From: Chiloscyllium plagiosum
Lineage: Eukaryota
NCBI RefSeq assembly: GCF_004010195.1
Contig: NC_057720.1
Span: 18,924,538 to 18,948,043 of the forward strand
Direction: 5' to 3'
DNA: 23,506 nucleotides
Positions 9,985 to 20,742 of the stretch are shown here, piece after piece; the stretch's first letter is position 1; each line of letters begins with the position of its first letter. The notes below the pieces were generated by a model that was given only the letters and a program-made list of their open reading frames with translations, was not told the origin of the DNA and searched no databases. The position numbers and the translations under genes were made by a program.

Positions 9985-10045
9985 TATAGTGTCCTTACCA
10001 CTAGACCAGGAGATGTGGGCTCAAATCCCACCTGCTCCAGAGGAG
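9985..10045 (+). mobile_element. Short tRNA-derived SINE fragment (related pieces at about 10970-11030 and 11070-11140)
   Basis: GGCTCAAATCCCACCTGCTCCAG B-box-like motif; CCCACCTGCTCCA recurs near 10991. Confidence 0.5.
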
Positions 10046-10062
10046 GCACTGGATAGGGCCAG

Positions 10063-10383
10063 GTCTCATGGTGCCAGAGACTCGGGTTCGATTCCAGCCT
10101 TGGGTGATGGTCTGTGTGGAGTTTGCACATTCTGCCTGTGTCTGTGTGGATATTCTAAGGGTGCACCAATTCCCTCCCACAGTCCAAATATGTGCAGGTT
10201 AGGTGGTTTGGCCATGTTAAATTGCCAAATGTGTCCAGGGATGTGCAGGCTAGGTGGATTAGCCATGGCAAGTGCAGGGTTACAGGGTTGGAGTACAAGA
10301 GTGGGTCTGGGTAGGATGCTATTTCGAGGGTTGGTGTGGACTTGATGGGTTGAGTGGCTTGCTTCCACATTGTGGGGATTCTT
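10063..10383 (+). mobile_element. HE1-type SINE, lacking extreme 5' end
   Basis: GGTTCGATTCC B box at 10085-10095, duplicated TGTGCAGG(T/C)TAGGTGG core, LINE-like tail. Confidence 0.85.
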
Positions 10384-11159
10384 TTCTAAATGGCTTAAAT
10401 CCATTCCCCCAGGCTGACCTTTACCCACTCCTTTGAGTATCCAACTGCTTTTCTCTCTGTTTGGGCTCTATCTCCACCACTTTTTTTCTTTTCCCTCAGT
10501 CCAAGGGAATTTACTAAGTGTAAAGGAGTACTAGTATATTACCAAGGGATAATGCATGCATTTCCACATCCATCTGGCAGCAGACGCTAGGCAGAGTGTT
10601 GCTGTGCCAACTGGTTAAGAGCCTGGAGTCTCTGTGTTTCTTTCTGATGCCATGGTGAGAGTTAAAAGTCACTACGTGCAGAACATAATACAGGCTCCAT
10701 GGTGTGACTCAGTTTACTAATATTTCAGCACTGTACCCCACCCAAGGCATTGAATTCAGTTGCTGAACAGTAAATAGGATTGGAAAAGCTGTTACTCACA
10801 AAGGTGGATATTCCACTTGCAGTACCAGTTTATAATAAGGGCGAATGATCTGTTAATGTATAGACATGCCCAAAACTAAGTGGTTTTGCTGCCTTTGGGC
10901 CTTGAGTGTGTTTATGATTGTGCCAATTGCTGAGAAATCACTCCACACGCAGTGAGTGTTGAAATTGATCATGGAAGCCTGGGTTGAGGCCCCACCTGCT
11001 CCAAAAGTCTGAACAGGTTGACTAGAAAAATAGATAAAATAAATTAATTGGGAAGTTGGGCCCTCTTTTGGCATTGTGGTAAAGTCTCTACTCCTGGACT
11101 AGGAGGCCTGTGTAATAACAGTTCTGAACAAGTTTGGTATGAAGAATGTAAGATCCAAA

Positions 11160-11840
11160 TATTTAAGTGGATGGAGAGTGCAGAGGGATCTGTCCTGCAT
11201 GAAAGGACATAACATTTCTACAGTGAATAATTAGGAAGCCAAATGAAATGTTTGGTCTTATTGGAAGGTGGACGGAGTACAAAATTAGTGAAGTTTTGCT
11301 AGGGCATAAGTGAAATAGTACCTATGGTACTGCATACAGTTTTCGATTCCTTGATTAATCACAGAAACTCTATAGTGTGGAAACAGGCCATTTGGCCCAT
11401 TGAGTCCACACCAACCTTCCAAAGAGCATCCCACCCAGACCCACCCCGACCCTGTAACCTTGCATTTCCCTTGTCTAATCCACCTAAACTGCACACTTTT
11501 GTGCAGTGAGAGGAAACCCGCACAGGTAGTAACCCCAGGCTGGACTCATACTTGGATCCCTGGTGCTATGGGGGCAGCAGTGCAAACCACTGAGCCACTG
11601 TGCTGCCCAGTTAAGAAAGGATATACTCGCAATTGAGGTAGTTAAGTGAGCGTTCACTTGATTTTTGGGTTGAAGGTGCACATCTAATAAGCAAAGGTTG
11701 ATCAGGTCAGGTCCATTCTCACTGGAGTTTAGTGGAGTAAGAGATGATCTTATTGGAAAAAAAGCAATCATTTTTGAGACAGTTTGACAGGATGGATGTT
11801 GAAAGGATGTATTCCTCCACAGGGTGCCTAGAATCTCACA
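11160..11840 (+). mobile_element. Decayed CR1 LINE fragment hosting a SINE
   Basis: Remnants of the VQRDL, EYK, YCIQF, KDILAIEVV and GPFSLEF segments of CR1 ORF2. Confidence 0.6.
11360..11608 (-). mobile_element. HE1-type SINE, internally deleted
   Basis: Minus strand begins GGGCAGCACAGTGGCTCAGTGGTTTGCACTGCTGCC; tail CCTGTTTCCACACTATAG. Confidence 0.85.
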
Positions 11841-13074
11841 GGGCCTGAACAATGTAGGCAATGGTGAGATTTGTAACAAAATTGGACAAAATGCCCAGAA
11901 AACTATATCTCGACATTGGGGGCAATCACTGCATTGTTTATGTGTTTGCTGAGTGCTGAGGTGAATTTCCCTGGTAGGACTGTTCTTCAGAAGTCAAGGG
12001 AGAGAGAGAAAGAGAAAAACCTATTGAGGGCATTTTGGCAGCCCTGGTGACATTACACTATATACCAAATAGCACCTTTGTAAAGCTTGATTTTTTTTGT
12101 ACTACCTTTGTTTATTTGACTCTCTGTGTAGCCCTGTGTGTAACTGTGCCAGCATGATGCTTCAGTCCACATCCACACAATGCATCCATGTCTGTGCTGA
12201 GAGCTGCTGCCACATCTGGAAGCAAGAAGAACATGCGTATAGAGGACACTAGGTTGTGCTGGGACCACTGCTCCTTGTGATCAAACATCACGATTCTTTC
12301 CCCGAGCTTGTCTGTCCAAACGTGTTGCTGTGAAGGATTTGCTCAGTGATGTCTAGGGTAGAGAGGTGACCAGCATGCAGGGGACCAATGCTTGAGGATA
12401 GTCAGAGATCAGGGAGCCCAGAGGTCTGTGTCCAGTCCAGTGTATGGGTCTGAGTGTGGTGCTGCTTCCCACAATAGGGTCTCACATTGGTGGATCTGGA
12501 AGCCCCCTCCCTCAAAGGTCGAGACACTTATCCTGCCCACTCCCAGTGTGCTCACAGCCATTTTCCCTCCCATTGTGTCCTTTCGATTTCCACCATGATG
12601 AATGGTGACAGTGATACCCTCTCCCTTTGCCAGTAACTTCCAACCTCCACTTCCGCATGTCAGTGTGAGTCTGACCATCCAGGTCCCTTTTCTCATAGCC
12701 CTTCCCATACACCCCATTAGCTTCGCACCTCGCCAGGTCCCCATACAACCTATCCACACGAGCCTGCCCACCTTTCCCAGGCCAGACCAGTGCCTGCCAC
12801 AAAGAGACAAAGCCAGATTTGGTCATACACTATCATCCTGCTGGAAGCCAGGGGGCTCCTGACAGTGGACAAACTTTTCCCACATGATCCATAGATCCAC
12901 ATCCTGTGAATGAACATAAAGAATCCTTCTCATCTACGCTTTACCATTTCACTGCTCCTTACTCCCACTGCTCCCAGGCTGCTGCTTCCAATTCTATTGA
13001 ATAGCTTCCTGAATCTCCTCCCTGTGGCAGCCCTGGTATCAACCCCAACTCTTTAGTTTCTCTGGACAGGCCTC

Positions 13075-13287
13075 ACTGACACTCTCAGCCACCTCCACCT
13101 CAGCACCCACTGATGCAGACAGCGGCATGCTCTCCACTCTGCTTCCTGAAGTCAATGACCAGCTCCTTTGTTTTGCTGACTCTGATGGAGAGATTGTTAT
13201 CTTTACACCATGCCACTAAGCACTCGATCTCTTTCTTGTACGCTGCCTTGTTGTTGTTTGAGTTCCGATCTACAACGGTGCTGTTGA
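13075..13287 (-). mobile_element. Rex1/Babar reverse transcriptase fragment
   Basis: NSTVVDRNSNNNKAAYKKEIECLVAWCKDNNLSIRVSKTKELVIDFRKQSGEHAAVCISG, the segment following FADD. Confidence 0.85.
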
Positions 13288-13386
13288 AGAGAGAGAAGGC
13301 ATTGCAGCCACTAGTTAGAAGTGATGAATTACCCTGTCAACGGGGTTACTGTGAGAAATAGAGAGGAGTGAAGAAATAATACTTAC

Positions 13387-13918
13387 ATGGATGTCTCAGT
13401 ATTCCTGAAGGAGCAGCCCCAGTCATCTCTGAAGACCAGGATGCTTTCCGTGTAGGGGTTGAGGAGTCTGATGCCAGATAACCCTCCACCCATTTACTCA
13501 TTTCTGCTTTACTGTGGTCTGTCATCACCTGAAATGAGTGAAAGGGAGGGATTGAGGGAGTTAAAAGTGGGTAGTAAGGTAGCGAGGTGTTCCATGGGAG
13601 TGAATATGCAGTACAGAGAAATAGTGGGGGATATGGGAAGCTGACAGCAGATAAGGGAAGGAGTTGCAGACAACAGTAAGAGTGGTGATTAAGTGTGAGC
13701 TCATAGAGAGAAGAGTGTGGCACTTAATGCCACTGCACTGCTTCATGTTCCTCGGTACCATGGAGACTGCTGTGACCAGGCTGGCAACCTGGGATCAGCC
13801 TGCCAGAGACAAGTGACGTGTGCTCCTTTGCCGATCATCTGCGAAGTGGCCTTTGCACCATCCAGGCCACCAGGACCTCCAGATTCCTGTCGGAGGACCA
13901 TGGCACCTTCTCCAACAT
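13387..13918 (-). pseudogene. Decayed Myb/SANT-like DNA-binding gene of PIF/Harbinger transposon type, two exons
   Basis: Exon A (about 13918-13725): KVPWSSDRNLEVLV / FADDRQR...AG*SQVASLVTAVSMVPRNMKQC. Exon B (13528-13387), bounded by tttcag| and |gtaagt: DHSKAEMSK / GGGLSGIRLLNPYTESIL. Stop and frameshifts present. Confidence 0.7.
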
Positions 13919-14199
13919 CTTCACATTTTGACCATGGCCCAGCAGCCAGTTTCTGAAAGCCAGTGCTCACCCAAGGACACTTTCAAAGATGGTACATTGC
14001 TAGGGATGCTGGTCTTCTGGTGAGTGATGAACTGCTCTGGGAATGGCTGAATGGGGCTAGAAATTGGCAGATGTATGCTATTGAGAGGGCAGCTGGTTAA
14101 TGAGATATGTTTGATTAGATATGGTGAGAAGTCTCACTAGACCTCATAGCAAAAACCCTTCAGATAATCCTCTAAACTCACAGTTAACCACGATAATAG

Positions 14200-14490
14200 T
14201 TTCAGAATAAGGATTGATCCATGTAAGAGAGATGAGGAGCAGTTTCTCCAATCAGAAGGTCATGAATCATTGGGATTCCCTTTCCTAGAGTGGTATGGAA
14301 TCATTGAATATATTCAAATTGGAAATGAACAGACTTTTTGAACTACTGTACAGAATACGGAAATCAGAAGTTATAGGGTCCAGAGAGGAAAGTCAAATTG
14401 TGATGAAGACTAGATCATTCATGAACGTATTGAATGGTAAACCAAGCCAAAGGGGGCTGAATGGCCTACTCCTGCTGCTATTTCTTGCAG
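14200..14490 (+). mobile_element. Decayed CR1 LINE 3' end
   Basis: FRIR, FSNQKVMNHWDSL and ESLNIFKLEMNRLF remnants; GGCTGAATGGCCTACTCCTGCT tail. Confidence 0.7.
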
Positions 14491-14987
14491 TTTTATAATG
14501 ACATTTTCACTACATTCACGATCTCGTAAGCTTCTGCACGATTGAACTATGTGAAAGAGATAATAATGCAAACCAGAGATTTTTCCATTGCAGAGAATAA
14601 AACTGCCTTTACCAACCTTCAACAGCTGCTCCATATTATATTTATTCATCTGTCACTCAAGCAAACTCATATTAACATCTGCTTCAGTTACTGTTCCCCT
14701 GACAACACTTTTCAATACAAACCTGAGCTTTCTGATGACAGAGTAAATACAGTGAATACAGTACAAAGCCCTGTATGTTCTCATTCTGATTCCTCTGCTT
14801 TCCATCAATCATATACCAGTCTTAAGCAATGCCTTTCACCAGCAATTAGCTTTCACTACAGGGGACAATTATTTAATTTAGTAATATTGAATATTTCAGG
14901 TTATCCTTGTCACATTGAGGGAACTAGTAAGTATTGTAGACTTTAAGAAATGCTGCATTTGAACAAGAGCGGTTTACTTTCTTGCAG

Positions 14988-15046
14988 TGTTACCCATACC
15001 AAAGAGAAACGTTTTCGAGCAGGAAGCAAAGAAACATAATGCAGAG
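14988..15046 (+). CDS. Weak candidate coding exon
   Basis: TTTACTTTCTTGCAG acceptor and GAG|gtgaaa donor in non-repetitive DNA; phase 0 gives CYPYQRETFSSRKQRNIMQ, phase 1 gives LPIPKRNVFEQEAKKHNAE. Confidence 0.3.
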
Positions 15047-15242
15047 GTGAAAGACGCATTAATCAAGTCAGGTTTTGGGATGTGTTTGATGGAAAGGAGA
15101 AAAATTGCCAACTACAGTAAACTTTGAGTATATCTGCAGAGACAGGAAGATCACATTACAATGGCAATGTAGGTGGAACGAGCCATGTAAACTGTCTCAG
15201 ACATCATGGATTCCAGGGTACGGATTCTACTGTGCCGTCTGG

Positions 15243-15457
15243 ACTTCAGATAGTTCAATGGACTAGATGATTAGAAAGTGATGGAGAATAAAGCCCCCAG
15301 CAGAGGTTCAATACCCACAATGGCTGTGGTAGTTCATGGAGGTCTTTGTCCTGTCATTGTAGAGTGGTTGCCCATGAGATATTCATAATGAGTAGTTGGT
15401 CTGCCTAACGGAGAAAGATGTCTGTGGTCCTTGGTGGACCATGGCTTCTTACTTTAC
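15243..15457 (+). mobile_element. Decayed tRNA-derived SINE, family unassigned
   Basis: GATAGTTCAATGG A-box-like and GGTTCAATACC B-box-like motifs; CTTACTTTAC tail. Confidence 0.45.
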
Positions 15458-15954
15458 AGTTCTACTCAACTGCTCATTTGATATTAAATGTCAAATGCAT
15501 TGAGGCTTCCTATTTAGGTTAGTGAACAGAAACCTGTGGTTCAACTCTCACCTCTGCATCCAGCTCACAGTCATCCTAGCAGTTCCCTATGCTAAGATTT
15601 GTGTCATGTTGCTTTACCTCTAAGTTAAAGCAACTAGCCACCCTACCCCATGTGGAAATCAATCCACCCCAGCGGAAGAAGAATGCCCCCCTCTGATCGT
15701 CACTGAACGAAAATGTTGCGGTCAAGATCTTGATTTTCCAATTCCAAACCTTGACAGACCTCCCTCACTGTCTCTCTGCTCAAATCTTTATCATGTCCCT
15801 GGGGTAAATTTCTCTACTGGTTAGGATCTCCTGTTCCATTCTTCAGTAACTTCAGTTAAAACTAACCCTACAGAATGTACAAATCTCCCCTGCACCATCC
15901 TCACCATTCTTGGCCTGACCCTGATTCACTGTGTGACGGAGATTTGACTTTATT

Positions 15955-16170
15955 TGTATTCATTCACAGAACGTGGACATGATTGGCCAAGCCAGCATTT
16001 ATTACCCATCCCTAACTGACCAGAGGGCAGTTAAGAATCAACCACATTGCTGTGGGATTGGAGTCATATATAGGTTAAGGATGACAGATTTCCTTCCCTA
16101 AAAGACATTAGTGAACCAGATAGGTGTTTCTGACAATTGGCAATGAACTTGTGATCTTTATTAGACTTTT
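15955..16170 (-). mobile_element. SINE 3' half with LINE-derived tail, family unassigned
   Basis: Tail shared with 4975-5040; ends in TGAATGAATA on the minus strand. Confidence 0.55.
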
Positions 16171-16306
16171 CATACAAAATGTCAAGGTCTTTATCCTCAC
16201 TCACTTTTTGAATCATTCCACCCCCCAGCTCCAAAAGATGCAAGAGCCTTCTTCTGTATTGATTGTAATGAGTTCAGCCAGGTGGACCTCATAGAAAATG
16301 AATTCT

Positions 16307-16337
16307 CTGATTGGACCAGATTAACAGCCCCAATCAG
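16307..16337. promoter_or_regulatory. Inverted pair of CCAAT boxes in the LTR
   Basis: CTGATTGG (16307-16314) and CCAATCAG (16330-16337), about 20 bp upstream of GATAAAA. Confidence 0.45.
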
Positions 16338-16371
16338 GGAGCCCTGTCTGACAGATAAAAATAAAAGTGTC

Positions 16372-16863
16372 CCTGGGCCTGGCCAAACTGGCCATCAACA
16401 GGTCGAGGCAGCGGGCCGTGGAGGGGGTCATTAGGGCCGACTGCCTGCCCCTCTTCCTTGGTTACGTTAGGGCCTGGGTGTCCTTGGAGAAGGAGCACGC
16501 GGTGTCCATCAACACCCTGGAGCTGTTCAGGGAGAGGTGGGCGCCGCAGGGAGTGGAGTGCATCATTTCTCCCTCCAACTCTATTTTGATTTAGTCCCTA
16601 CCCTCCCCTTCACTGTTTTGATCACACAGCATTGTCCTTTGATGTGAAGGGCAGTGTTTGTCACTGGCCACCCGGGTGTTTTCCTATCTTCCTGGTGGTG
16701 GAAATTGAATAAATATTCGTGCACTTTGTGTCTTTCGCTGTGTCTCACACGTGCACACACACCATGGGTGTTGGGGAAAAAAATAAGCACTACCGCTCTT
16801 AGGTGGTAGTGTGGGGGTTTTAAAGAAAAGAAAAAATTAAAAAAAACTAGATAAAAAAAATTT
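16372..16863 (+). mobile_element. 5'-truncated Tx1-clade LINE (ORF2 C-terminus, 3' UTR, A-rich tail)
   Basis: LGLAKLAINRSRQRAVEG...CLPLFLGYVRAWVSLEKEH...FRERWAPQGVECII* ; decayed poly(A) 16822-16860; perfect 16-bp duplication TAAAAATAAAAGTGTC at 16356-16371 and 16864-16879. Confidence 0.8.
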
Positions 16864-16894
16864 TAAAAATAAAAGTGTCAACCATCCCTGTCCA

Positions 16895-17460
16895 GAACAT
16901 TGGTTAGGCCATTTTTGGAGTGCTGTGTGCGATTCTGGTCTCCCTGCTGTAGGAAGGATGTTGTGAAACTTGAAAGAGTTCAGAAAAGATGTACAAGAAT
17001 GTTGCCAGGATTGGAGGGTTTGAGCTATAGGGAGAGGCTTAATAGACGGGAACTATTTTCCCTGGAATGTCAGATGCTGAGGGGTGACCTTATAGAGATG
17101 TATAAAATCACGAGGGGCATGGATAGGGTAAATAGACAAGATCTTTTCCCTGGGGTGGGGGCATCCAGAATTAGAGGGCATAGGTTTAAGGTGAGAGGGG
17201 AAAGATATAAAAGGGACCTCCGGGGCAATGTTTTCACACAGAGAGTGGTATGTATATGAAATGAGCTGCCAGAGGAAGTGGCGGAGGCTGGTACCATAAC
17301 AACATTTGAAAGGCATCTGGATGGGTATATGAATAGGAAGGGTTTAGAGGGATATGGGTCAAATGCCAGCAAATGAGACTAGATTTATATAGAATATCTG
17401 GACAGCATGGACAAATTGGACTGAAGGGTCTGTTTCCATGCCGTACACCTCTATGACTCT
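16895..17460 (+). mobile_element. 5'-truncated CR1 LINE
   Basis: LVRPFLECCVRFWSP...LERVQKR...RGDLIEMYKI...FTQRVV; CTATGACTCT tail. Confidence 0.95.
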
Positions 17461-18489
17461 GAGAGCTGGCTGTGAGGGAGCTGGATCAGTATCAAGGACT
17501 TTCCATGTCTAAATAAGGGGTGACTCGGTGACAGGATACTGGCCTCTGTGAAGTTATTTCATCTCCAATTGTCTGTCCCAATCTATATTTTTTGGTTGCT
17601 GTATAACCTTCCTGCTACATCATTGTGAATGGCTTCTTCAGCCACATTGTGTCTGTGCAGTCCCTGTGGATATCTTCAAATAAGACTCCACTTCACCATC
17701 TTGGCTTTAAAGAAATCCCATTAAAAAAAAACAAGCTGCTGAACCATGGTTTTGATCTCCTTCTAATGTCCTTTGCGTCATGCTATATATGCAACAAGAC
17801 ATGATGGACTGAATGGTCTCCTTCTATGTTATAAATTCCTATGACATTTGTGGCAACTCCATTCACCCTTTCCGATGGCCTCTGAAATATTCTTTTTGCT
17901 GTGACAATGCTGTAAGATTGTAAACTGTTATGGCAATTCAGAATGCTGTCTAAAAACTCAGCATTTTCCAGTCTTTTCAATGTGACAAGATTAAACAGTC
18001 AGCAATTGTTTATTTTCTCTCTCCCTTGAGAGAACAATAATGGAAAACAACAAAGGAATGAGGAACTGCAATGCAATATTTACAATGTCAACTGCCTCTC
18101 TCCCTGTGGATCAGGAAATGAATTATCCATATATGGAGTCAAGAGATGACGTCATTCTCAGAAATGTACACTTCCATTGCAGTGGATTCTCGGTGCCACA
18201 TGCTGGTAACTGTGGGTATAACATCTCACAGTTGAAATCGTCTAACATGATGCATACATAAAAGTCAAAAATAAAATCGCAGATGCTGGAAATCTGAAAC
18301 AAGAACTGGAAACTTTGGGAACTATCAATATATTTTAAATATTTTCAATAATATTTTAGATGTTCCTTCATCAGACATTTTCACAGGTGATCAGGATTTA
18401 AAAGAGAATACAGAACATGGGAAAGTGGAAGTGAAAACATGCTCTCTCTCACACACACGGGAAAAAATAAACTTTAAACTATTTAAGAC

Positions 18490-19340
18490 CTTAGAGTATA
18501 TGAGTTGGGAAGTCATGTTGAGGTTGTATAGGACATTGGTGAGGCCTCTTCTGGAGTACCATGTGCAACTCTGGTCACCCTATTAGAGTCATAAAGACCC
18601 TTCGGCCAAACTCTTCCATGCCAAAAAAGGTATCCCAAATTAATCTAGTCCCATTTTCCAGCACTTGACTCATACCCCTCTAAACCCTTCCTATTCATAT
18701 CCCCATCCAGATGCCTTTTAAATGTTGCAATTGTACCAGCCTCCACCACTTCCTCTGGCAGCTCATTCCATACACGCATCACCCTCTGCATGAAAACGTT
18801 GCCTCTTAGGTCCCTTCTATATCTTTCCCTTCTCACCCTAAACCTATGCTCTCTAGTTCACAAAAGATTTACCAGGAGTTTGCTGGGAATGGAAGGTTTG
18901 AGATAAAGACAGAGGCTGAATAGGCTGAGACTTTATTCATTGGAATGTAGGAGGTTGAAAGGTGACATTATAGAAGTTTTTAAAATTATGAGGGGTATAG
19001 ATAAATTGAATGGCAAGTGTTTTTTTCCCTATGGTGGGCATTTCAAGACTAGGGGGCATATTCAGGTGAGAGGATAAAGACTTAAAAAGGAAATGAGGAG
19101 CAAATTTTTTTCACATGTGGTTCACGTGGTTCACGTGTGGAATGAACTTCCAGAGAAAGTGGTGGATGCAGGTACAGTTACAACATTGAAAAGACATTTG
19201 GATATGTCCATGAATAGGAAAGGTTTGGAGTGATATGAGCCAAGCACAGGCAGGCAGGACTAGTTTAGTTTGGGATTATGATTGGTGTGGTCTGTCTGGA
19301 GTAAGGGATCTGTTTCCATGCTGTATGACACTATGACTCC
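18490..19340 (+). mobile_element. CR1 LINE 3' part, interrupted
   Basis: EYMSWEVMLRLYRTLVRPLLEYHVQLWSPY, then KRFTR...LECRRLKGDIIEVFKIMRG; CTATGACACTATGACT tail. Confidence 0.9.
18585..18858 (-). mobile_element. CR1 3' fragment nested antisense in CR1
   Basis: RDLRGNVFMQRVMRVWNELPEEVVEAGTIATFKRHLD; near match to 17170-17460. Confidence 0.9.
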
Positions 19341-19439
19341 AAGTGGAAAACTTAAGATGCTGGCATCAGAAAATCAGAGAGAAAACACAACAACAGCTTG
19401 AACTTATAATACAGCTTCAAACAAAACAATCCAAAGAAC

Positions 19440-19810
19440 TGAGAATTCTGGAAATCAGAAACAATAACAGAAATTGTAAGAAAGACTCGCTGGGTCTGGC
19501 AGCATCTGTGGAGACAAAACAGTTAACATTTTGGGTTCAGGGACCCTTCTTTGGAAAAGCAACTTTAATATCTATTAATAAATCGAAGAATTGAGAATGC
19601 TGAAAAACTGAAATAAATACAGAAATTTTTGGAGAAACTCAGTAGGTTTGATTGCATCTGTAGAGAGAAAGCAGAGTTAATGTTTCCAGTCCAGTATGAC
19701 TCTTCGTCAGGACTGAGGAAGGGTCACTGGATTCTAAAAGTGAATTCTGCTTTCTCTGCACAGATGCGGGCGGATCTGCTGTGTTTCTCCTGCAATTTTT
19801 GTTTAATTCT
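19440..19810. mobile_element. Cluster of old PLE terminal fragments, including an inverted pair (19595-19810)
   Basis: Arms about 19615-19710 and 19712-19808 are roughly complementary; degenerate hammerhead cores (minus CTGACGA...GAAAC; plus CTGAGGA). Confidence 0.6.
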
Positions 19811-20742
19811 GGTGAGTTCAGTTAGATAAATGACTAGAGTGTGGGCAGAATGATGACAGGGGTATGCCAATTCCCTTGGCTTGCTGTATGCATGGTGTGC
19901 AGTTGTTCTTCTCTAGTGATACAACCACATATTTCTCTCGACCAGTGAAAGATGCCTCTAGTCGCTGGTGGGTTATGGCTATAACTTTAGAGTTGAAAAC
20001 ATTCCAAGACATGAGCTTTGTGAAACAAAGAATGTATGAGGTAGACTGAACAGAAATTAGGCATATCTGTGCAGGGTCCAGTGCAGCCATAAGTGGCTAA
20101 AAAGCCTCCTTTTGCTCCATAAACATTCTGTGATTCTATTTGGGAAAAGAATCAAAAAGCTAGTCAACCCCAATGATGCCGGTTTCTCCACCAGCAAAAG
20201 TTTCCAAGCAGCACACTCTCCTCATTATTCAGAAAAGAGAAAGCAGGAATTATGGTTAAGATTTGTAATTACTTATTAATTATCAAGCTCAAAGGTCTCA
20301 GGGAAAATTGTCTCTTAGACTCTTAGAAAGTGTTCCTCAAACTTGCATTGAATGTCACTGCAGCAACTTAGTTGACACAAAACAGAGAGATCACAGGCAA
20401 GAAGTGAAGTGCAATGTGTCAGGGAGTTCAAAGTCCACAAAAGCTCTCAGAAGAGAGGTGTTTGGCAAAGTAGATACTCAAACTTCCTTTGGTGTAGACC
20501 AGGCTGTACCATTCACTAAATTGGATGAACTATTTACAGGGACAGTTACGTTTTGGCCAGGAACTGAGCTTCTACCTTATTCCAGTTTGTTTTATTGTTC
20601 AATTAGCTACTGGTCGTTAATGTTATTTCCTGAATATCAGAGTTTTCCATGCGAAACCTTTTAGCTGGTCCAGTTAATGTATTTTGCATAAGTGATTTTT
20701 GGGATTCATTCTTTATTAAATTAATATATTGTTTTAACTAAT

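Larger units (their letters stand above)
16264..17561 (+). mobile_element. Short solo LTR split into three pieces (16264-16371, 16880-16894, about 17457-17561) by two LINE insertions
   Basis: TGTAAT...ATTTCA termini, paired CCAAT boxes, A-rich TATA-like site, AATAAG near the 3' end. No flanking target duplication seen. Confidence 0.6.

Noticed and set aside
11930..12060. Possible HARBI1-like transposase C-terminus (acidic stretch)
   Set aside because: No catalytic or LHN motif recoverable by eye.
12392..12862. Four overlapping ORFs in GC-richer DNA
   Set aside because: No recognisable motif; expected from low stop-codon density in probable decayed transposon DNA.
14542..14946. 134-aa ORF in unique DNA
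   Set aside because: No coding-like codon pattern, splice boundaries or motif.
19112..19140. Repeated CACGTG E-boxes
   Set aside because: Result of a 9-bp slippage duplication inside a CR1 copy.
19818..20090. ORFs on both strands, also 18040-18261 and 22940-23149
   Set aside because: No convincing acceptor/donor pair or recognisable protein.
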